A stretch of DNA of 30,409 bases from an uncultured Planctomycetales bacterium. GTDB lineage: Bacteria; Planctomycetota; PLA2; JAEUHO01. Made by a program: the position numbers and the translations under genes. Positions 8,824 to 17,097 of this stretch are shown one piece after another (positions within the stretch are counted from its first letter, which is position 1; every line of letters starts with the position of its first letter). The stretch is from assembly GCA_964546345.1 (NCBI GenBank), contig CAZJJQ010000001.1, positions 1 to 30,409 on the forward strand, given 5' to 3'. The notes beneath the pieces were generated by a model. That model searched no databases, was not told the origin of the DNA, and saw nothing but the letters and a program-made list of their open reading frames with translations.

Positions 8824-9614
8824 AGTCGTGCTCTGCGTCCGCGCGCCTCGCGCGCCGTGTCGTCGTCGCGTTCTGCCTGGGTCTGGCCGTCGGCTGCGGC
8901 GGCGGGGGCTCGGGGACCCGCGTGACCACGCCCCCCGGCGGCGGGGGGAGCGGGGGAGGCGGAGGCGGCGGCGGGGGTGGTGGGGGCGGCGGGGGCACGC
9001 CCGCCATCCCCACCCCGAACAGCGTGGACTTCACGGTGGACGCGGCAGCCCTGGCGTCCTCGGTCATGTTCACGGACGACACGTTCACCGCCGACGGCTG
9101 CGCGTACGTCGAGGGCGTCATCACCGCCACCGGCCTGCGCCGCCTCCTCAGGTTCAGCACGGTGATCGTGAACTACGGCGACACGGACGCGCACATCGGC
9201 AACCCGCACGCGCCCGTCCCCCCCCTGACGGCCGCGGACTTCGTCTACAGCCCCTGCCACGGGCACTTCCACTTCGAGGGGTGGTCCAACTACGAGCTGC
9301 GCAACGCGCAGAACCAGATCGTCGCCATCGGCCACAAGCAGGCCTTCTGCCTCCTCGACTCCATCGACTACACCCACACGAAGCCGAGCGGCGGCTACGA
9401 CTGCGAGAACCAGGGGCTCACCGCGGGTCACGGCGACCTCTACGACCGGGCCCTCGACGGCCAGTGGGTCGACGTCACGGGCCTGGCCGAGGGCGACTAC
9501 ACCCTCTACGTCAGCGTCAACGCCAGCAACAAGGTGATCGAGACCACGAACGCGCACCCGAACCAGGTCAGCGTCCCGGTGCACGTCCCGAATCCGAGCC
9601 TGCCGATCCGGTAG
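8820..9614 (+). CDS. Lysyl oxidase (LOX)-family lipoprotein
   Basis: CHGHFH (Cu-binding His triad), GHKQAFCL (LTQ Lys), GDLY (LTQ Tyr), QWVDVTG...GDYTL. Lipobox-like LAVGC followed by a Gly linker. ATGA overlap with the upstream gene. Confidence 0.85.
   Translation: MKSCSASARLARRVVVAFCLGLAVGCGGGGSGTRVTTPPGGGGSGGGGGGGGGGGGGGGTPAIPTPNSVDFTVDAAALASSVMFTDDTFTADGCAYVEGVITATGLRRLLRFSTVIVNYGDTDAHIGNPHAPVPPLTAADFVYSPCHGHFHFEGWSNYELRNAQNQIVAIGHKQAFCLLDSIDYTHTKPSGGYDCENQGLTAGHGDLYDRALDGQWVDVTGLAEGDYTLYVSVNASNKVIETTNAHPNQVSVPVHVPNPSLPIR
8937..8996 (+). repeat. Low-complexity GGN run encoding a Gly4-Ser-Gly15 linker
   Basis: Codons read directly; mixed GGC/GGG/GGA/GGT. Confidence 0.9.
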
Positions 9615-9684
9615 CCGGGGGGGATTGGTAGCGGAGCCGCATCCCCCGCGATCCTCAAGTCCGTGTGCCAAACTGATTTCTCGC

Positions 9685-9712
9685 TTGCCGTCCCCACAGC
9701 CCGAGGTAGGCT
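9685..9712 (+). promoter_or_regulatory. Putative sigma70-type promoter of efflux module 1
   Basis: TTGCCG-16 nt-TAGGCT, ending 9 nt before ATG 9722, in a locally AT-richer patch. Confidence 0.45.
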
Positions 9713-9721
9713 TCCGAACCG

Positions 9722-10231
9722 ATGACCCCGCGGCTACCCACGTTGCTTCTGCTGGCGGTGGCCCTTTTCACAGGCTTCGTGCCGCTCCGTCGCTGCCACG
9801 CCTCCGAAGGCGGCAGCGGCGTCGTCGCGCTCGGCCAGCACGGGCACGCGCACGGCGACTCGGGGGAGTCGCACGCCCCGGCGGACCCTGCGTGCGGCGC
9901 AGCGCACGCGCGGCTCCACGCCCAGGGCATCCCGCACACGCACGCCGAGGGGCACGTCCACGGCGAGGAGGGCTGCCTCCACGACGTGTGCGGCTGCGAG
10001 CACGACGACTCCACGCCGGCGACCCACGAGCGGTGCTGCGTGGACACGCCGTTCGACGCGGGGCTCGCCTCCGTGTCGGTCGTCTTCGCCCCGGCCGCGC
10101 TCGCGCCCGACAGCCTCGTCTCGAGCGCCCTCGCGGGCGCCACGGCGGCCGCCCCCTCCCTCCTCGCCCCCCGCGCGGACGCGCCCCCCGACGCGCTCCG
10201 CAGCGTACGGACCACCGTCCTCCTCCGGTGA
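9722..10231 (+). CDS. His/Cys-rich exported leader protein of efflux module 1
   Basis: Signal peptide; 14 His and 7 Cys in 169 aa; C-terminus RADAPP...TTVLLR. Confidence 0.75.
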   Translation: MTPRLPTLLLLAVALFTGFVPLRRCHASEGGSGVVALGQHGHAHGDSGESHAPADPACGAAHARLHAQGIPHTHAEGHVHGEEGCLHDVCGCEHDDSTPATHERCCVDTPFDAGLASVSVVFAPAALAPDSLVSSALAGATAAAPSLLAPRADAPPDALRSVRTTVLLR

Positions 10232-10280
10232 CCCCGGCGGCTTCGTGCCGTCGTCGTGTCGTCCCGTGATCTGGAGGAGG
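10219..10280 (+). promoter_or_regulatory. Putative anti-SD/SD helix over the MFP ribosome-binding site
   Basis: CCTCCTCCGG (10219-10228) is complementary to CTGGAGGAGG (10271-10280): 10 bp with one G-U. Internal 7-bp hairpin 10235-10253. Confidence 0.5.
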
Positions 10281-10288
10281 GTCTTGTC

Positions 10289-12034
10289 GTGGCCATCGAG
10301 AGCAGCAGCGCGGAGGGTGCGGTCGTGGTCCGAGGCGGTCGGGGCCGGGTAGCGGGAAGGTTCCTGACGGGGCTCGTCACCGCGCTCCTGGTCCTCGGCG
10401 TCGGGTTGATCGGCGGCTACGTCGCCGGGAAGCAGTCCTCCTCGGCGGGCGCGGGTGGTCACGGGGAAGGCGAGCACGCGGGCGAGGCGCCCGGGGAGCA
10501 CGCCGCCCACGAGGGCGCGCCGAGCCTCACTCCGCAGACGCTGGCGAACCTCGGCATCGAGACGGGCGAGCTCAAGGCCACGGAGTTCGTGCGCTCGCGC
10601 GAGGTGGCGGCCGTCGTCGTGGAGCCCCGGGGCGCCCGTCGGCGCGCCTACGCGCCCGTGGCGGGGCTGCTCCGCCGGGTCTTCGTGCGCCCCGGTTCCG
10701 TCGTCAAGGCGGGAGATCCGGTCGCGGAGATCCTCCGCGATCCCTTCCCGCGCCCGACCCTGACGCTCACCGACTCGCTGCTCCGGAGCCTCGACGAGGA
10801 GTTCCACCGCGCGGTCGCCGAGCTGCGCACGTCGTCGCTCGCCCTCGAGCTCGCCCACGCCGAGCTCGAGCGCGTGCGCAAGATCCTCGGCGCCAGCGCG
10901 TCGCCCACCTCCCTCCCCAGCAAGACGGAGATCGACCTCCAGCGCGAGGCTCAGCGCGCGCAGCGCAGCCTCGAGATCGCACGGGAAGAAGCGCGCCGAC
11001 ACGGCCTGACGGCCGACGAGGTGGCGGGCATCGAGGCGGGCACCCAGCCCGCGCCGAAGGCGCCCGACGTCCACCGGGTCCTCGACGCGCGCCTGTTATG
11101 GGGCCCCCCCGCGGATCGCGTCGTCGCGCTGCTCCCCGAATCCATCCGGTCAGCGCCCTTCATCGTAGCCCTGGTCGGCGAGTTGTTCGCCGCAGGACTC
11201 CTGTCCCCCGAGCTCGAGGACGCCCTGCGAACGCGGCCCGGCATCCGGGATGCGTTCTTCGACGTCGCAGGGTTGCTCCAATCGGGTGAGACGGTCGAAG
11301 GGGTGCTCTCCCTCGCGTCGTTGGGCGCCTTGCGCCCGGCAGTCCTCGTCCTGGCACCCGCCGATGCTCCGGACTGGGATGTGGTCGTGCTCGGCGTCGT
11401 GGCTGGCGCCCACATCGACCGAGGCGGGGAGGTCGCCACGCTGCTCGCTCCGCATCGGATGGCGCTGCGTCTGGCCCCGACGGGGGACGATGTGGTTGCG
11501 ATCGAAGCGTCCCTGGCCGGGGGGGAAGCGCTCGTCGCCGAGCCGCAGCAACTGGGCGTCGGCCCCACGCTGTCCGGGCTTCGCGTCACGCGATTCGAGC
11601 CGCCTGCGGAGGCCGGAGGGCTCGCAGCGCCGCTGGTCGAGTTCGACAACATCCCGCTCGCGGTGGCGCCCGCGGCCGGGGACTCCTCCGCGGCACCGGC
11701 CCCACAACCCCGGTCCTGGCGGTTTCGCGAGGGTGCGCGATACCGCGTCCAGGTGCCGCTCAAGCACATGCCCGACAGGTTCGTGCTGCCCGCGGGCGCG
11801 CTCATCACGAGGGGCGCCGACCAGGTGGTGGTGGTGAAGGAGGGACGGACCTGGCGCCAGGTCCCCGTACACGTCGAGTACCTCGACGCGCGCGTGGCCG
11901 TGGTCCCTGCCGCGAACGGCGGCCTGTTCGCCGGGGACACCGTCGTGATGCGCGGCGCGTACGCGCTGGCGCTGGCCCTCCAGGCGGCGGCGGGCGGTGG
12001 GGGCGCCGATCCCCACGCCGGCCACAACCACTAG
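10289..12034 (+). CDS. RND membrane fusion protein (MFP), unusually long, with His-rich termini
   Basis: GTG 10289 is 8 nt after GGAGGAGG. Single TM; RAYAPVAG...VRPGSVVKAGDPVAEI lipoyl-like half; C-terminal FVLPAGAL...VPVHVEY...GLFAGDTVV; tail DPHAGHNH. Confidence 0.85.
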   Translation: MAIESSSAEGAVVVRGGRGRVAGRFLTGLVTALLVLGVGLIGGYVAGKQSSSAGAGGHGEGEHAGEAPGEHAAHEGAPSLTPQTLANLGIETGELKATEFVRSREVAAVVVEPRGARRRAYAPVAGLLRRVFVRPGSVVKAGDPVAEILRDPFPRPTLTLTDSLLRSLDEEFHRAVAELRTSSLALELAHAELERVRKILGASASPTSLPSKTEIDLQREAQRAQRSLEIAREEARRHGLTADEVAGIEAGTQPAPKAPDVHRVLDARLLWGPPADRVVALLPESIRSAPFIVALVGELFAAGLLSPELEDALRTRPGIRDAFFDVAGLLQSGETVEGVLSLASLGALRPAVLVLAPADAPDWDVVVLGVVAGAHIDRGGEVATLLAPHRMALRLAPTGDDVVAIEASLAGGEALVAEPQQLGVGPTLSGLRVTRFEPPAEAGGLAAPLVEFDNIPLAVAPAAGDSSAAPAPQPRSWRFREGARYRVQVPLKHMPDRFVLPAGALITRGADQVVVVKEGRTWRQVPVHVEYLDARVAVVPAANGGLFAGDTVVMRGAYALALALQAAAGGGGADPHAGHNH

Positions 12035-12047
12035 CCCGGGCCCGATC

Positions 12048-15000
12048 ATGATCAACCTCAATCGGATCATCGCCGGCAGCCTGCGCGGACGCCGGACCGT
12101 GGCCGCCCTCGCCCTGGCCGTCTCGATCTACGGGATCTGGACGGCGCTCTCGCTGCCGGTGGACGTGCTGCCCGACCTGAACCGCCCCACCGTCACCGTC
12201 ATGACGGAGGCCCACGGCCTCGTCCCGGAGGACGTCGAGCGCCTCGTGACGCGCCTCGTCGAGCAGTCGGTCAGCGGCGCGACCGGCGTCACGCGGGTGC
12301 GCTCGAGCAGCGGCCTCGGGCTCTCCGTCGTCTTCGTCGAGTTCGGGTGGGACACCGAGATCTTCCGCAACCGGCAGATCGTCCAGGAGAAGCTCGCGTC
12401 CCTGAGCGGGCAGCTCCCGCCCGGGGTCGAGCCCACCATGGCGCCCATCTCGAGCATCATGGGCCAGGTGCTCCAGGTGGGCATCCGAAGCGAGTCGGGA
12501 GACACGGATCCCGCCGCGCTTCGCGTGATCGCGGACACGATCGTGCGCCCCCGCCTCGTCTCGGTCGCGGGCGTCGCCCAGGTGGTGCCCATCGGCGGCA
12601 GCCCCCGCCAGCTCCAGGTGGTCGCCGACGCGCGCGCGCTCCGCGCGTTCGACGTCGGGCTCCACGACGTGGAGCAGGCGATCCGCCACGCCAACGTGGC
12701 GGGATCCGGCGGGGTGCTGCCCCTCGGCACCGAGGGCCCGCTCGTGACGGTCCCCGGCCTCGTCCGGGGCGCGCACGACCTCGAGACCGCGGTCGTGCGG
12801 AGCGACCCGATCCGGCCCGTCCTCGTCTCGGACGTCGCGCGGGTCGAGTTCGGGCCCTCGCCGATCAAGGCGGGCGAGGCCGGCATCATGGGCAAGCCGG
12901 GCGTCATCCTCACGGTCTTCAAGCAGCCGTCGGTCGACACCGTCGCGCTGGTGGACCGCGTCCGCGAGGAGCTCGCCGCCCTGCAGGCCTCCCTGCCGAA
13001 GGACGTCCTGGTGGTGCCGGGCATCTACGACCAGGCCGGCTTCATCCACCGCGCCATCGACAACGTGTCGGACGCGGTGCGCGACGGGGCGATCCTCGTC
13101 GTCCTCATCCTGTTCCTGTTCCTCCTGAGCCTCCGCACCACGGTCATCACCCTGACCGCGATCCCGCTCTCGATCGCCGTCACCGCGCTGGTGTTCAAGG
13201 CCTTCGGCGTGTCCATCAACACCATGACGCTCGGCGGGCTCGCCGCGGCGATCGGGGCCCTGGTGGACGACGCGATCGTGGACGTGGAGAACGTCTACCG
13301 CCGGCTGCGCGAGAACCGCGCCGCCGGATCGCTCCTGCACCCGATCCTCGTCATCTACCGGGCGTCGAGCGAGGTCCGCAAGCCGATCCTCGTCGGCACG
13401 CTGCTCGTCGTCGTCGTGTACGCGCCGCTCTTCGGCCTCGCCGGGATGGAGGGGCGCCTGTTCGCGCCCATCGGCGTCGCCTACATCACGAGCATCCTCG
13501 CGTCGCTGGTCGTCTCGCTGACGGTCACGCCCATCCTGTGCCTCTGGCTACTGCCGAACGCGAAGGGGACCGCCCGCACGAAGGACGGCTTCCTGGTCCG
13601 GGGCGTCAAGGCCGCGGGGGGGAGCCTGATGTCCTTCTCCTGCCGGCATCCGTGGTCGGTCGCGCTGGTCATCCTGGCCGCCGGGATCTCCTCCGTGGCG
13701 GTGTTGGCCACCCGCGGCACCGAATTCCTACCCCCGTTCAACGAGGGGACGGCGCAGGTGAACCTGATCCTGCCGCCAGGCGCGAGCCTCGAGACATCCG
13801 ACGCGTTCGCGCGGCGACTGGAGAAGGTCCTTCTCGAGGTCAAGGGTGTCGCCGGTTTCGGTCGAAAGACGGGCCGTGGCGAGGGGGACGAGCACGCCGA
13901 GGGCGTGAACATGAGCGAGGCGATCGTCTCGTTCGACCCTGCCTCCGGACGCTCTCGCGAGGACACCATCGCGGACATCCGGGAGCGGCTCGCCCACGAG
14001 TTCCCCGGCGTGGCGACCGAGGTGGAGCAGCCGCTTGCGCACCTGCTCACCCACATGCTCTCGGGCGTCAACGCCCAGGTCGCCATCAAGGTGTTCGGTC
14101 CGGATCTGACGGCGCTGCGCGATCTTGCCAAGGACATCGAGCTGGCCGTGAGGCCGGTCCCCGGCGTGCGCGATCTCATCCTCGAGCCCCAGGTCCTGAT
14201 GCACCAGGTGAACGTCACGCCCCGCCGCGATGCGATGGCCGCGCGAGGCCTGAAGATGGAAAGCGTGGCCGAGGCCGTAGAGCTGGGCCTCGAGGGCGGC
14301 GAGATCGACCGGATGACCGTCGGGCAGATCTCCTACCCGATCATCCTGCGGCTGCGGCCGGAGGACCGCTCCGATCTGCAGGCGGTCGGCAACCTCGTCC
14401 TCGAGACCGAGCACGGAGAACGGCTGCGGCTCTCCGAGGTCGCCGACGTCCGCGTCGGCTGGACGCCGAACAACATCAACCGGGAGAACGTGAGCAGACG
14501 CATCGTCGTGCAGCTCAACGTCGAGGGCCGCGCGCTCGGGGATGTGGTGAAGGACCTCGAGAAGGCCCTCGAGCCCGTCCGCACGCGGCTGCGCGGCATG
14601 CCGGGCTACACGGTCCGCCTCTCCGGCCAGTTCGAGGCGCAGCAGGAGGCGTCGCGTCGTCTGGTGCTGCTGACGCTGCTGTCCTTCGCGGCCATGTTCT
14701 TCATCCTCTACGGCCACTACCGCTCGTTCAACCTCGCGTGGCAGGTCATGGGCAGTATCCCCATGGCCCTCATCGGCGCCGTGGTGCTCGTGGTCTACAC
14801 GAAGCAGACCGTCTCCATCGCGGTGCTCGTGGGCCTCATCTCGCTCGCGGGCATCGCCGCCCGCAACAGCATCCTGCTGATCGACCACTACCTCCATCTC
14901 ATGCGCGAGGAGGGCATGCCCTTCGGCGTGCCCATGATCTTGAAGGCCGGCAAGGAGCGCCTGATCCCGGTCCTGATGACGGCGCTCTGCGCCGGCATCG

Positions 15001-15308
15001 CGCTGGTGCCGATCGTGATGACCCCCGACCGGCCCGGCCGCGAGCTCCTCTATCCCGTCGCCACCGTGATCCTCGGCGGGCTCGTGTCCAGCACGCTCCT
15101 CGACCTGCTCGTGACGCCGGGGCTGTTCCTCGTCCTCGGACGGCGCGCGGCGGAGGCCCACACGAAGCACCGCGAGCGCCGCGACCGCGTCGCCGAGGAG
15201 CTGATCGAGGAGCTCCACCCCGACGCCCCGCCGACGGGCCCGGCCCCCGGCGCCCCCCCCTTCCCGTCCCTTCCCCTCTCTCCAGGAGCCGTGCATGCGC
15301 ATCCGTGA
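12048..15308 (+). CDS. Heavy-metal efflux RND permease (CusA/CzcA family, non-CzcA TM4 type)
   Basis: LPVDVLPDLNRPTVTVMTEAHG, TM4 GGLAAAIGALVDDAIVDVEN, EFLPPFNEG, GIAARNSILL, RLIPVLMTAL; 1086 aa from ATG 12048. Confidence 0.95.
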   Translation: MINLNRIIAGSLRGRRTVAALALAVSIYGIWTALSLPVDVLPDLNRPTVTVMTEAHGLVPEDVERLVTRLVEQSVSGATGVTRVRSSSGLGLSVVFVEFGWDTEIFRNRQIVQEKLASLSGQLPPGVEPTMAPISSIMGQVLQVGIRSESGDTDPAALRVIADTIVRPRLVSVAGVAQVVPIGGSPRQLQVVADARALRAFDVGLHDVEQAIRHANVAGSGGVLPLGTEGPLVTVPGLVRGAHDLETAVVRSDPIRPVLVSDVARVEFGPSPIKAGEAGIMGKPGVILTVFKQPSVDTVALVDRVREELAALQASLPKDVLVVPGIYDQAGFIHRAIDNVSDAVRDGAILVVLILFLFLLSLRTTVITLTAIPLSIAVTALVFKAFGVSINTMTLGGLAAAIGALVDDAIVDVENVYRRLRENRAAGSLLHPILVIYRASSEVRKPILVGTLLVVVVYAPLFGLAGMEGRLFAPIGVAYITSILASLVVSLTVTPILCLWLLPNAKGTARTKDGFLVRGVKAAGGSLMSFSCRHPWSVALVILAAGISSVAVLATRGTEFLPPFNEGTAQVNLILPPGASLETSDAFARRLEKVLLEVKGVAGFGRKTGRGEGDEHAEGVNMSEAIVSFDPASGRSREDTIADIRERLAHEFPGVATEVEQPLAHLLTHMLSGVNAQVAIKVFGPDLTALRDLAKDIELAVRPVPGVRDLILEPQVLMHQVNVTPRRDAMAARGLKMESVAEAVELGLEGGEIDRMTVGQISYPIILRLRPEDRSDLQAVGNLVLETEHGERLRLSEVADVRVGWTPNNINRENVSRRIVVQLNVEGRALGDVVKDLEKALEPVRTRLRGMPGYTVRLSGQFEAQQEASRRLVLLTLLSFAAMFFILYGHYRSFNLAWQVMGSIPMALIGAVVLVVYTKQTVSIAVLVGLISLAGIAARNSILLIDHYLHLMREEGMPFGVPMILKAGKERLIPVLMTALCAGIALVPIVMTPDRPGRELLYPVATVILGGLVSSTLLDLLVTPGLFLVLGRRAAEAHTKHRERRDRVAEELIEELHPDAPPTGPAPGAPPFPSLPLSPGAVHAHP

Positions 15309-15765
15309 TCTGGCCCTCGGGGCCCTCCCCCTCCTCCTGCTCTCCCTCGGCGGCTGCGGCGACAAGGCCGCCCCCGAGAAGGGCGCCGCGAAGCCTCCCG
15401 CCGACGCCGACGCCCACGCTCACGCGAAGGCGCCGCACGGCGGCGAGCTCCTCGAGCTCGGCGAAGAGGAGGCCCACCTCGAGATCGTCCACGACGCCAA
15501 GGCCGGAGCCGTGACGGTCTACGTGCTCGACAAGGATGGGAAGACGCCCGTCCCGACCGCGGCCCCGACGATCGTCCTCGCGACGAAGGACGGGCCCAAG
15601 GACCTCGTGCTGACGGCCGTGAATGCGAAGCCGGACGGCACCGCCGACACCTGGCAGGGCGCCCACGAGGGGCTCAAGGCGGAGCCGCCGGACGGTCGCA
15701 TCCGCGTGACGGTGCGCGGCAAGGCATACCAGATGCCGCTCGAGAGCGGCGGTCACGGTCACTAA
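15295..15765 (+). CDS. His-rich lipoprotein, putative periplasmic metal-binding accessory
   Basis: SD AGGAG; lipobox LGGC; HAHAKAPHGGELLELG...HLEIVHD; C-terminal GHGH; 14-nt overlap with the RND stop. Confidence 0.8.
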   Translation: MRIRDLALGALPLLLLSLGGCGDKAAPEKGAAKPPADADAHAHAKAPHGGELLELGEEEAHLEIVHDAKAGAVTVYVLDKDGKTPVPTAAPTIVLATKDGPKDLVLTAVNAKPDGTADTWQGAHEGLKAEPPDGRIRVTVRGKAYQMPLESGGHGH

Positions 15766-15828
15766 GGCGCCTTACGGAACGCCGCCCCGGGGACGCTCCC
15801 CGGGGCGGTCGAGGCGCTCGGAGTCGTC

Positions 15829-17049
15829 ATGAACGCACGTACCGGAGTCCGCGTCGGCGTCGCCCTCGCGGCGACCCTTGCCTCCCTCGGCTGCGCGCGA
15901 TATCGAGCCGCACCGCTCGACGTCGGCCGCCCGCTCCGCGCGGATGCCGCTTCCGTCCCCTCCGTGGGGACGTACGAAGCCGCCGTGGCCTTCGCGATCG
16001 AGCACAACCCCGACCTCGCGGCGCTGCGCGCGCACGCGATGGCTGTGAACGTCGACCCGCCCCGCGAGCCCGTGGAGGGCTCGGGGGGCGTCGACTCCGA
16101 CCACCGGGGCGAGATCGGCATCTCGGTCGACGCGCTCTCGCTCCTCGGGCTCGGCACACGCCCCTACGAGGTGGCGCTCGCCTGCGCGCGCCGCAACGAG
16201 GCCTACATGGCGCATCACGAGCGGGCGCGTGCCATCGCCGGCGAGATCGCCGAGGTCCTCTCCGTCGAGCGGGCCCTCGGCGCGCTGGCCGAGCCGGAGT
16301 ACCGGGTGGACGTCAGCGCCTTCGTGCGCGCCGGCCTCGAGGCAGGCTCGGCCGAGACGGCGGCCGCGGCGACGGGAGCGGCCTGGAAGGCGGAGCAGGC
16401 CGAGCGCGTCGCCGAGCGGACGAGCACTCGGCTCGCGTGGATCCGCGCGCTCGGGTTGCCGTCCGGGTCCCAGGTGCGGGTCGTGCCCGTGCCTGCCGCG
16501 TGGCCCGAGGTGCCGGAACCGTCGCCCGCGGCGCTCGTCGCGTCGCGCGCCGACATCCAGCGACGGATCGCCGCGTTCGAGGCTGCGGACCGCGAGCTCC
16601 GGCTCGCCGTGCGCGGCCAGTACCCGTCCCTGATCCTCGAGCCGGGGCTCGCCTTCGACCCGGCCACGCTCTTCGGGGCCGTGAAGCTGCGGCTGCCGAC
16701 CGGCATGTCCGGCGCAGTCCGGGCCGCGGAGTCGGCGCGGGAGGCCGCGAGAGCCGAGGTGGAGTCGGCCGTCCTGGACGCCCTGCGCGAGGCCGGCGAG
16801 GCGCGGGCGCGCTGGACGGCGGCGGGCGCGGCGCTCTCGGCGGCCCGGAAGCGCGTGGATGCGTCGTCGGCGCTGCTTGCGAGCTCGCGTCTACGTCTCG
16901 AGGTGGCCTCGGGATCTCCCGTCGAGACCGTGCTCGCCGCGGACGCGGTGGTGGACGCGGCCGCGGGCCTGCGCGCCGCCACCGTCGAAGAAGCGCGCGC
17001 GCGGACGCGCGCGGCCCGCGCCGCCGGCTGGCCCGGACTTCCCCGGTAG
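15829..17049 (+). CDS. Divergent TolC/OMF-family outer membrane lipoprotein
   Basis: Lipobox SLGC; AVAFAIEHNPDLAALR; SRADIQRRIAAFEAADRELRLAVRGQYP; Ala/Arg/Glu helical repeats; operon context. Confidence 0.8.
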   Translation: MNARTGVRVGVALAATLASLGCARYRAAPLDVGRPLRADAASVPSVGTYEAAVAFAIEHNPDLAALRAHAMAVNVDPPREPVEGSGGVDSDHRGEIGISVDALSLLGLGTRPYEVALACARRNEAYMAHHERARAIAGEIAEVLSVERALGALAEPEYRVDVSAFVRAGLEAGSAETAAAATGAAWKAEQAERVAERTSTRLAWIRALGLPSGSQVRVVPVPAAWPEVPEPSPAALVASRADIQRRIAAFEAADRELRLAVRGQYPSLILEPGLAFDPATLFGAVKLRLPTGMSGAVRAAESAREAARAEVESAVLDALREAGEARARWTAAGAALSAARKRVDASSALLASSRLRLEVASGSPVETVLAADAVVDAAAGLRAATVEEARARTRAARAAGWPGLPR

Positions 17050-17097
17050 TCCCTGGCCCCGATCTCGGTCCCATGTCGTCGCGCTCCCACTTCCTGG

